From Camelus dromedarius (Eukaryota), in contig NC_087437.1 of the NCBI RefSeq assembly GCF_036321535.1, positions 114,082,001 to 114,146,000 on the forward strand: DNA of 64,000 nt, given 5' to 3'. Shown here in pieces: positions 53,216-64,000 of this stretch; position 1 is the stretch's first letter; each line of letters starts with the position of its first letter. Position numbers and translations under genes: made by a program. The notes under the pieces were generated by a model that was not told where the DNA came from, made no database searches, and saw only the letters and a list, made by a program, of their open reading frames with translations.

Positions 53216-54584
53216 TGAAGTCATTTTTTACTTGTTGCTTCAGGTAAATGAAGTAAGAATATACATAGAACAAGTGAGTGGCTCTTTATGGACATAGGTT
53301 TTCCCACTGAAGATCTTGATGTGGCATGGAAAAGGAGCTGGCATCGATGATTTTTCACCTGGTTAATACCAACAATGAGGATCTGATAAAAGATAAACCC
53401 AAAGGAAGTAAGAACAGGAAGCTTGAGAAGCTTTGAGCTGTTCCATCAACATCATTCCCGGAATGCGTTCAGCGGCGCTGCACTTCCCCGTGACTGTTAC
53501 TCTGAATTTGTAGAAGGTAGACTTTTCATCACTTTTATAATTAACAAAATTAAGAAATTCCTGAAATGCAAATTACAGACACTTGGCCATTTTTAAATCC
53601 TAATTTCAAGGAACAAAAGCTATAGCAGAAGAATCCTTGGTTTCTAAGTTGTTATAATGAGTACTTTAGTCTTAATATCGGTTAAGTTAGAATAAACTGA
53701 CTACTGATTCTATCTTATAGTTATGACATCTTAAGTTGGAAAGACTCGTATACTTCAATAATTTGGGGGAAGAGATAGAAGACAAATTTTGAGGCTGTTA
53801 CAAGTGCAAACGACAGAGTGTGGGCTCTGTACTATACATGCACCTCTTTAAGGCTCTTATTTCCTGATCTCCTTATTTATAATCCAACCTTGAAGTGTTT
53901 TTTTTTAAAGCACTTATTAACCAGGGCTTTTTTTTTTTTTGGTCAAGAATTTTCTGGAAGTGAAAAAATTAGTAATACATACCCACTTTACTTTGCCACG
54001 GCTCCCTCTCTCTCTGATGTCTCTTCAACTTCCTACAACCTGATCAACACTTCCCATTAACAAAGTTTGAAAGTAGGAAAAATTGATGGTGACTACTTCA
54101 AAAGAGAATCCCAGTGTGAAAACCATTGATTCTTTATCAGGAAACTAAAGCATCACCAAATGCAAAATGAACTGACTTGAATAGTTTATACTAAATAACA
54201 ATGCTTTCTCATAAGATGCTATTTTAAAAAAATACAGATGAGTTGAAAACAATTTACTCTGAGATACAATCAGTCACTTCTTATTTTGCATTGGGGAGAA
54301 TTTGTGGAACTATTCATGGGTATGAAACCGCTGTCTGAAAAATAATTTGAACTGATGCCCACAGAAATCATGGCTTTGTGAGTCTGACAATTTTAAGATA
54401 AGCTCATGTCTAAATTTATATGCAAACTTTCCCTGAATTGCCAGTTTTCTGAAACTGTTGATTACGGATGAGCCCGTCAGAAAATGCATCTTCTCTCAGG
54501 GACAGGCAGCATCTAAACCCACCATGGGGAAGGGAAAATGCAGTAACTACCATGCATGGGCTTTCGTTTAAGACAGCTCAGCCA

Positions 54585-54745
54585 CGAGACAGCTGGCACG
54601 CTCCTCAGCCTCTGTGAACTCAGCGTCCCCATCTGTGAAACATCTATAAAAGTAACCATCCCATTGACTTGTCATGAGGATTAAATGAGACAATGTGTAC
54701 AGAGAGCCCATCACAGAGTAGGTGCCCCAAAAATGTTAGCTTCCC
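54585..54745 (+). mobile_element. MIR SINE
   Basis: cctctgtgaactcagcgtccccatctgtgaaa...tgaggattaaatgagacaatgtgt...aaatgttagct. Confidence 0.7.
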
Positions 54746-57059
54746 TCCTGCCTTTCCATTTATATGTCACCAAGGTTATGTAACAGCCAACATGCAAACA
54801 AGTCTGGATTTTCTAGTTCTCATTTACAGATCTCAAATCATGTTCAGTAATTAACATTGATACACACAAATGCATACAGAGTAAAATAAGTCATTCACGC
54901 AGCCAGACGTCCCACCCACTAAGACTTTAAATGCGTTTTAAAATGTCCTTGAACTTTTTCAAGTCTCTGAATGCTGCGTTCTTCAATCTCCCTTTCCCCG
55001 CTGGCACCATTTGGGGGTCGCACCATGCCTCTGTCTCCATGAACACCTCTGGTTGGCTCCACAGGCAACCTGGACCCTGGCTGGCAAAGCCCTGGGGATG
55101 CAGAGCATCTCAGCAAGCGCACCTCTAGAGAGCTCCTGGCACAGGTCCAAATGGATAAACGTCTGTTTATAACTGTCATCTGTTCTCAACTGACGTATAC
55201 GGGATAGCCCACGAGCGCTTTATTACACCGAGACCGAAACACAGTGCGTTGCAGGTAAGGAAGACATTCATCACTTGGCAATTGCCCTGCATTTGTTTTT
55301 CAGGTTCTCAAAGCCCTGAAAGATGGCGAAGGTCTATGATTCCCCAAGGAGAGATGATAAAAGACATAGATGCCAAAATCACTTCCTTGGCATCCCACGA
55401 CACCTGCTTAGAGCTAAGAGCACCAGATTTGGAGTCTTAAGACTTGGATGTGGGCTTCAGCACCGACACTGGTGTTTTTGAGAACCTCTGATGTATGACG
55501 TGCAAGAGGAACAGTAAAGATGCTTCCAGCGTTTATTGTTGGAGAATCAAACAAGGCAGACAGATTGCTGACTCTGTAAAGCAGTGCACACAGGCGTTAT
55601 TGGGGTCATCTTGGCTTAGCATGTAAGAAGTGGACATAAATCATTTCCAGAAATTCTCAGTTTCTACATCTTTGATGCCATGACTATGCCTGCCTTTCAA
55701 CCATAGCCTCCCTCTGGCTGGTGCGAACTATAAAAAGTGATCGTCGATACAACAACACTGTTTAAGGAGGTGATGTTTCAGATCAGCCCATTTAATGTGC
55801 CAGTTAAACAAAGTCTTGTGTGCTGATTCATAGACGAATGTCCTATTGAGTAAAATGCTGCCCTTAAAAATTTCAGGTAAGAACTTTGCTATTCCATCCC
55901 TATATTTTTTCTACCTGGACTAGGCTTTGTTTTTGAATCACATTAACTGTTTTGGGCTCTGTAAAGAGATTCTCGACTTTGTAACTAAACAAATTTGTCA
56001 TCAATAATGAAACTGAAAACTTGGCTGTCGAATCCTTCACGCTCTTCACCTTTAAAATCAGATTTAAACAACCATCAAGCCTATTTATTGGCATCCTGAC
56101 CTGATATATTAAAGAACCATTAGAGGTTTGAAGGGCAGAAGTGGAGGCAGTGCTGAAGAACGACATGTAGGATGTGTTTGACATTCAAGCAGCCCTCACC
56201 GCTGCCTGACGATTATGTCCACTGAAATTACCACTCACACCCACGTGGGCACCCTCGGCACAGGGGGAGAGTCTCGGGAAATGGAATGCTGTAAAGATGG
56301 CATTGGAACATGGAAGCAGAATCTTAAACAGGTGATCATTAGAAGAATTCTCTGTCAACTTTGGAAATTATTTTAAAATTGGATGTCATTTTCATAGAAA
56401 ATAAAATACGACACCCAAGCCAGTCCCAACATTTTGAGATGTTCAAATTAGTCAGAAGTCCACAAAACATACACATTTGTGTGCCAGAGAAAGACTAATA
56501 TTATGTGTGCATACCTTTGGCTTGATTATAAATGAAATAGTCATATATTTGTACATTGTATATATCCACATATAGACACATATAAGTATTCTATTAACAA
56601 TTAAGCTAAATATTTAAAAAAATTAACTCCAAATCAAGTTAATAATTGGTAAGAAAGAAGAACAAAATATAGCCAATCCTCCATAATTCATGTTAATAAT
56701 GTTGACACAGATATGGATAATTTTTTTTAATCAAATTTAGATTTTGCTTTGAAATGTAGAATTGATAATTTTTGTGGCATATTTATTTGTGCCCAAGTTT
56801 TCCACGCTGGGCAGATGGAGAGTAGCTAAGTCCAAAGCTACAAGAAGTAGCCTGAGAGTGAGTCAAATAATAGAACTCACCAGGTGCCTGGAATTTGAAA
56901 AGCTTGAAAATCATAACATCCCCATTTTCCCAATGAGAAAACTGAGACTCGAGGCACAGTGGTCACAGATGGAACCCTAGGCTGGACAATCCTAAAACCT
57001 AAACCCCCTAAAACTGCCATGTTTCTTTTGTTTATTTCTATTCAAAAAGCTCTTAACTT

Positions 57060-57260
57060 AGCATCACCATGCACCTGGCCCTGCCGTAAATGGTTTTTTC
57101 ACCTATTAACTCATTTAATCGTGTCCCCTAAAGACCTATGAAGTAGATATTGTTATTAGCCTCATTGCACTGATGAGGAAACAGGCCAGGCTGCTAAACT
57201 GACCAAAGGTTGCCCAGATGGAAGGTGATGGAAGAGAGTGGGGTGAATCCAGGCTTTGTA
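57060..57260 (-). mobile_element. MIR SINE
   Basis: tattaactcatttaatc...cctatgaagtagatattgttattagcctcattgcactgatgaggaaacagg. Confidence 0.7.
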
Positions 57261-57854
57261 GGGCCTGAAGCTTATACAAACTGGGAGTGAATGGGAAGAA
57301 AAATCGTAACACATTATTAGGGATTGGAGATTCAGGTCCCTTCTGGTGAGACACCGAAGTCATTGTACTAGGAACATTTCCTGACATGCTCTGGCTCCCA
57401 GCCCTGCTAGAACATTCTGTAGCTTCTGCACTCAGCTCTTACTGGGCCACGTGATGGGGAGGCTTGAGCTATGAGCTCCCTCGTCTTCCCCTTGACTCCA
57501 GATTTGCTCACAGTCAAATCCTCGCTGGGGAGGCATCTGCCAGCTGTTCCGTGGGTGGCCCCCAGTGTTCCATCTGCGTTTTAACTCGGCCATTTGTGCA
57601 TATTGTGTCCTTGGACTTCAACTTCCCCTGATCTTACTCAGCCTCCCTGGCCATGATCAAGCCCTGTGCCGTCCTTGTGGCCACTGAAGGCTGGGCCATT
57701 TCTCTGTCTCTGGTCTCCCAGATCAGTGCTTTCCAAACTGCTGGCTGTGACTCATCAGCAAAAACTGACAGAATGAAAGGGGGCTGGAAAGAAACCGGCC
57801 ATCCCAGGTGGAGATTTAATGCCCCTCCTCTCAGGAAATGACAGAACCAGGCAA

Positions 57855-58160
57855 AAAAGAAAATTAAAAATCAGTATCAGAAAATTTTAAATAACATTGT
57901 CAAACAATTTGACCTATCTGACCACAAAGATAGCTACAAAACTTCAGAACAAACCTGCTTTCAAGTGCCCGTGAAATATTCATCAAGATAGATCAGTAAA
58001 CTTCTGAGAATGTACTCTCTGAGGACAGTGGAATTAAATCAGAAGCTAGTAGCACTAAGATACCTGGAAAGTCTCCAAATATTTGGAAATTTAGCACATT
58101 GCTAACGAACTTATAGATCAAAAAGAAGTCCAGTATGAGAATAGCTTTGAAAATGTATTT
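57855..58160 (+). mobile_element. Degraded old L1 ORF2 (endonuclease-region) fragment
   Basis: aacaatttgacctatctgac, tttcaagtgcccgtgaaatattcatcaagatagatca, gtggaattaaatcagaa, ccaaatatttggaaatt. Confidence 0.6.
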
Positions 58161-58481
58161 ACTGATCTTTGCTACCACAAAACAAATGTACCTCCCATCA
58201 CATGTACAGATGTGGAGAGAAAATACAGTTTTTCGTTTATGTCAGAACCTGTGAGCAATTAACTCTCAAGTTACTGAGTTAGTAACTTCCAGTTAGAGAA
58301 TAACTGTTGTGATTTTAAAGGACTAGAATAAAACCTTATATTTAGAAAAACATAGAACTTGTAAAATACAAAAATAGTAAGGAGTGAGTCACTTGTCATG
58401 GAGTGACCTCTGAACTGGCTTCTCTATCCGCTCTACTTGAACCTGGCTACATTCTCGGTTCAGAATTTACAATCTGCATGT

Positions 58482-59395
58482 GCTCATACAACTCAAAATC
58501 AAAAAAATCAAGCAAAATGGGCTGAACACCCGAATACACATTTTTCTAAGGAAAACATACAGATGGCCAACAGGCACATGAAAATGTTCTCAATATCACT
58601 AATAATCAGGGAAATGCAAACCAAAACCACAATGAGATATCACCTCACACCTGTAAGAATGGCCATCATCAAAAAGACAACAAATAACAAGTGCTGGCGA
58701 AGATGTGGAGAAAAGGGAGCCCCTGTGCACTGCAGGTGGGAACATAAATTGGTGCAGCCACAATGGAAAACAATGTGGAGGTTCCTCAAAAAACTAAAAA
58801 TAGAACTGCCATATGATCCAGCAATTCCATTCTTGGGTATATATCCAGCAAAAATAAAAACACTAATTTAAAAGGATCCATGCACCCCAGTGTTCATAGC
58901 AGCATTATTTACAATATCCAAGATGTGGAGAAGCAACACAAGTGCCTGTCAACAGAGATAAAAAATGAAATCCTGTCATTTGCAGCAATGTGGGTGGATC
59001 TAGAGAATGTTATACTTAGTGAAATAAGTCAGAGAAAGACAAATACTGTATGATAGCACATATATGTGGAATATAAAATAATACAAAAAAATGAATTTGC
59101 AAAACAGAAACAGATTCACAGATATAGAAAACAAACTAGTGGTTGCCAAGGGGGAGAGGAAAGGGGGGTGCAAATCAGGGATATGGGATTAAGAAATACA
59201 AATTACTATGTATAAATTAGATGAGCAACCGGGATATACTGTATGGCGTGGGGAATTACAGCCGTCATCTTTTAATAACTTCTAATGGAGTAGAACCTGT
59301 AAAAATATGAGGTGCTGTACACCTGCAGCTACTATTGTATGGTAAATCAACTCCACTTCCATTTTTAGAACAATTAAATAAATGAAAATAAGCAA
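58482..59395 (+). mobile_element. 5'-truncated L1 (ORF2 C-terminal cysteine-rich region + 3'UTR)
   Basis: ORF 58437-58871 gives [23 protein letters not shown]...[23 protein letters not shown]...[10 protein letters not shown]...[15 protein letters not shown], the LINE-1 ORF2 C-terminus. A premature stop follows. Confidence 0.95.
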
Positions 59396-60932
59396 AATCA
59401 AATCTGCTTATACAATTCACCATTGCTGGATTCTCTTCTGCAGAAGAGACATAAAAGTCCCTTACGCAGCACCTTGCGTAGCTGGGTACCAAGGACAGAT
59501 GGACTAAGGGTCCAGCAGATGACTGTGTGTCTCTCTGGGTTATCTGCAACATCTCCTTTTGGTCAGTTTCAGCCTGCCCCTGGGCTCCAGTTGCTAAGAG
59601 CACTGGACAGCTGACGTTCTCGGCACAGGTTTGTAGCCCCTCTGAGCAAATGGCACTTAAGCTCAGTCTGCCTTCCTTCTGACACTTGTGAGTGACTTTT
59701 TAGAGAAATCTATAGAAAAAAAGAGAACAGCAGAAAAGGAAGGAAAGAAGGAACAAAAGAAGGAAGGAAGGAGGGAGGGAGGAAGAAAAGGGGAAGTGGA
59801 GGAAGAGAGATGAAGAGAGAGAAGACAAAGAAGAAATGTGCATTGCAGGGACTTCCCCAGGCGCCAGCGTGGCCAGGTTTCTTTTTCTCGTCAATAGGTG
59901 CGATCCGGTGCATTGGCATTTTCATCGTCCCTTTCATGTCAATAGCAGTTACTACAGACGTGTGTGCTGTGGCCATCACAGGCCCTCTGGGTGCATTTCT
60001 GAGACATATGAGGTTAGTTGATTTCCATGGTATGATCTAAGATCCAGTTTTTCCATCCACAGCTAATTCCAGTGTTTTAGACAAATATCGTAAAAATTAC
60101 CCATCTTCAGAACACACAGATTTTGCAGACAGATTTGGGTTTTGGAACAAATCAGCCCTCTGGCGTTCTGGCTCTACCGCTCACATCGGAGCAAGAATCC
60201 ATGTGGTGTGAGCGGCTCCAGATGATTTTAAAGTGTCATTCCACAACAATGAGTCGTATTGTTCATTTTTATTTAGAATTCACATTTCAATGACAATAAT
60301 CACCAATTTACTGCGTTTACTCCCCGCACCAGGCAGCTTTCTGTACGGTACTACTGATCTTTACAAGTTCCCTGCAAGGTGGTAACTGAGGCTGAATTAA
60401 ATGACCTGAGGACATTCCCTAGGAAATCCGGATGGTTCCAAACCCTGCACTTGCCGTGAAGCTCCTGCCGACACCTCTTCTGCGAGCAGGCTTTTATAGG
60501 ACTGAGAATTCCTCCTCCTCTTTTAGGTGCTTCCATTGCTTCCTCTAAAGGACTGCACACACTCTTCCTGCGTACCCCCTAATACCGTTAGCACCAAAGT
60601 ATGAATGCTATTAGTAGAAAAATAAGAAGATTTTAGATTTCTGAGCATCTTACTCAAAACCCACTAAAGACTCTAGTGCATTCTAACCTATATAAGGGTC
60701 AGTGGTTTATAAGATGCACTGGTAGTAATAGTTTAAAAATGAGTGGGTTAGTATTGTATTATATAGTATGTATCATATCGTATCTTATCATATTAGTATT
60801 AGTTCTACCAAACAATTGCTTTGTATTTTTTTTTCTCGTCAGGATCAGATATCTCTATGTTCAGCATAGAAATGGAAATGCTCATGACACAAAGCAGAGA
60901 GGATATTTTGAGTCAAGAGTTCAAAAGTCAGG

Positions 60933-61431
60933 ATAAAGAAGTTGTGGTATATATACACAATGGAATACTACTCGGCCATAAAAAAGAATAAAATAATGCC
61001 GTTTGCAGCAACATGGATGGACCCGGAGATTGTCATACTAAGTGAAGTCAGCCAGAAAGAGAAAGAAAAATACCATATGATATCACTTATATGTGAAATC
61101 TAAAAAAAGGACACAAATGATCTCATTGACAAAACAGAAACAGACTCACAGACACAGAAAACAAATTTAGGGTTACCAAGGAGGTAAGGCAGGGGTGGAG
61201 ATAAATTGGGAGTTCAGGATTTGCAAATATTAACTACTATACACAAAATAAAAAACAAGGTCCTATTGCATAGCAAAGGGAACTGCATTCAATTCCTTGT
61301 AATAGCATATAATGAAAAAGCATATGAAAAGGAATATATATGTGTGTGTGTGTAACTGAATTGTTATGCTGTACACCAGAAATGAACACAACATTGTAAA
61401 CTGACTATGCTTCAATTAAAACAATTTTTTA
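60933..61431 (+). mobile_element. 5'-truncated lineage-specific L1
   Basis: L1 3' sequence with exact flanking repeat aagagttcaaaagtcagg at 60915-60932 and 61432-61449. Confidence 0.93.
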
Positions 61432-64000
61432 AAGAGTTCAAAAGTCAGGTGAAAGACTATACTTAGCATATTTCTACCATATTGCAGATGTGCCATCACC
61501 AAGGCAAGAATTTTACCAGCATAAAAAAGCAAAATCTTGCTGTTCCTTCCTTGACTGCTCAGTAAAAACCTCTAACCAATGCAATCAGAGTCTGGCCTCT
61601 TTTTGTCATGTTTATCTCCTTGTCTCCTTTGCCAGCCTTGCCACCTGTCCACAGGTATCACTTTTTATAGACTGTCACACCCGAGACCATCACTGCCATA
61701 GAAGCAGCCGGTCCCCTCAACCCAGGCCCAGCCCGTGGCCCTGCGGAGGCTGAGAACAGTGAAGTCACGGGAACCCCAAGGGAGGTCCTGACTGAGGCTG
61801 CCCTCTTAGCTTAAGGTCTTGGTCTCTGGAGCTAAACTCCCTTTGAATTGGGTGGATTCACCAGCCTTTCCTATCTCCATGCAAATCTCCTCATAGGTCC
61901 TCACATCCCTAGGGGCTACAGGACCATGTGCAGAGAGTGCTGATTACAAGGAGTCCTGACCTTCACCTCCTATGGGAAAGGCACCAAGAGTTATCCTAAG
62001 GATAAAGATTCATCACTTTAAGACAGAAACAGAGTCCAAAGACTAAAGTGTGAAAAGAGCAACGGGTCCAAAGATGAGTACAGCCACACTTGCGCTGCCA
62101 GCAGCAATGGGTTGCACCTAAAAATAGTTCTGTTTTTAAGAAGAACTATTTCAAACGACTCTTTAAAAAAAAAAAAAAGTAATTCTACATTACCAAACTT
62201 AACAAATTCCTATTTCCTAGGGGAAAATTTCTACACTTAAAAAAAAAGAAATAAATAAAAAGGTTCTGACCCCTTAGTTTATGCCCAAGACACATTCCTT
62301 GACTCCACACATTCATAAATTCGCTAACCATGCAGCTGTGGTTAGTCATATGGTTCCTTGGTTAAGTAACTGTGGTTTTGAGCTGATCCTTTTAAAAAAT
62401 ACATTTTTAGCATATCTGCCATTTTTTTAAATGTATTTTCTCATTCTTGCCATTCAGATCATTTGAAATGCTTCCCTAAAGATCTATATCAATTGTGTGG
62501 AAATAAATGAATGTTTGGGAACAGGAACAAACCTTAATGGAATAGACTTCCGGCTCTGAGGATTCTATGAGTCCGAGCTTCATTTAAAAGATGTAACCCT
62601 TGCTTTTCCAGATCTGCCAGTAGAAAAATGACTGTCGAATGACCCCAGATTGCAAAGTCCTTTTTAGAATTCAGGTAATTAGTCTTCTTAATCACCTTCA
62701 GGCACCACATCTATAAATCCGCAATATTATCCTTGATTATTTGTGACAATTTTACTTACTCCCATCAGGATCACTTGTTTCCTTAATAGACAAACCCAAA
62801 TACCCCTCAAGTAAACTTTTTTTTTTTTTTTGGACTGTATGGTCCATGTGAAGAAATCCCATTTGTTTATACCCTGATTTTCAAAAATTTAGATTTGCAA
62901 ATAAGCGTACATGTGGCCTTTAAAACAGTGTAAATATTTGGCCTGAAAAACTCAGCATAAACTTTCACCATCCTTTTGAGGCTTCAATTTACTTCGCCTC
63001 TGCGGATGAAGAGATGGGGTATTAATCGGCTTGAGACACGGAATGACTGAATGCCACGTTTCACCTCTGGACGTGTTCCTTGGAAAGCTGGACCCAGCGT
63101 CTATAAGCCTGTGCTCCCAAATAACAGATTAGTGGCAGCAAGTGGCTTTTCAGCAGCCCCAGGAAAATTTCGGCCACAGGCACAGGGAGCCGATGGTCAG
63201 AGAGTCCCGGGGGTCCTCCACACAGGATATGCATCTTGTTACAGAATTCCTCAATGCCTCTTTGCTGTCTCCCTAATGACCAGTTAAATGGGTTCCCCCG
63301 AGGATGCTTGAGTCAGCGCCAGCTTCAAAACTGCTGAGGAAACATCCTCTTTTACTGGAAATGATTTCCATCAAACTGCCATGTGCCATATTTAGACTCA
63401 TGGCTTAGTAACACCCAGCAGAAGGGGCTAAATTTGCAGGGTAGGAGGCCCTGCACTGTGAGAAAAGAACTTGGCTTTTGTCTGGCCCAAGTGACCGCAG
63501 GGCAGTGAGCGAGTGAGTCTGTGGTGGGCTGTAACCAGAGGGACAGAATCACTTCTTTCTATCCGGACAGACAGGCTCCCTTCCACAGAGACAGCTGCTT
63601 CTTCCCATCCTGCTGGTCCCACAAATGAGACATATGAACAGGGAGGTGGCATTTCAGGTCTATGTACATCTGCCTGGCAGTAGGACCTCAAAACCCAGCA
63701 ATTCTAAGAAGCGCACCTGAGCTCAGCAGGTGGATGGCGGGCAAAGGTCTCTCCTCCTCCATTTAAACTTAAGTCATGGGATTTAAATCACAGCAAAATG
63801 ATATTGCCTTGAGTCACAGAATATAATTCTTCTAAAAAGCTGAGTCACAAAATTATGGAACTTAAAAAAAAGTATTTATACGTTTTCACACACCTCTAAC
63901 TTGATATAACTGTTCAAGTATAATTACGGAGACATGGGATTTTAAGTGCAATCTCCCCCCAACACCCACCAGTTTTATTCTTCTCTCCTCTCTCTCCTCT

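Noticed and set aside
55900..56184. 94-aa minus ORF with possible splice sites
   Set aside because: Weak donor and no family recognised; cannot be supported without a search.
58437..58871. 144-aa ORF with clear protein homology
   Set aside because: It is the C-terminus of LINE-1 ORF2 in a truncated copy with a premature stop, not a host gene.
1..64000. CRISPR array, operon or other prokaryote-type system
   Set aside because: The sequence is mammalian. There is no regularly spaced repeat-spacer array and no gene-dense region; the recurring similar segments are L1 3'UTRs and LTRs.

Overview
This is mammalian, repeat-rich, apparently non-coding DNA, most likely camelid. That call rests on three copies of a tRNA-derived SINE of the Vic-1 type and several L1 3' ends sharing a 3'UTR that ends '...caccagaaattgacacaacattgtaaactgactatacttcaa'. 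I recognise no host protein-coding exon, rRNA, genuine tRNA, snoRNA or miRNA. The only recognisable peptides are LINE-1 ORF2 remnants (36.2 kb, 57.9 kb, 58.5 kb). The rest is MaLR/ERV LTRs, young and old L1s, L2, MIR, hAT MERs and microsatellites, separated by unique sequence that looks regulatory. Best second-look items: (i) a ~240-bp STAT/TEAD-motif segment duplicated locally into the middle of a MIR, beside an ETS/kB/CRE/IRF motif cluster (18.4-20.8 kb); (ii) an orphan CpG island at ~33.9-34.3 kb with a candidate minus-strand exon; (iii) a tailless, TSD-flanked chimeric L1 insert at 36.2 kb; (iv) a MER33 split by three later insertions. I found no well-supported new biological system. Repeat family names come from memory of consensus sequences and need RepeatMasker/Dfam confirmation. 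Boundaries of old repeats are approximate.
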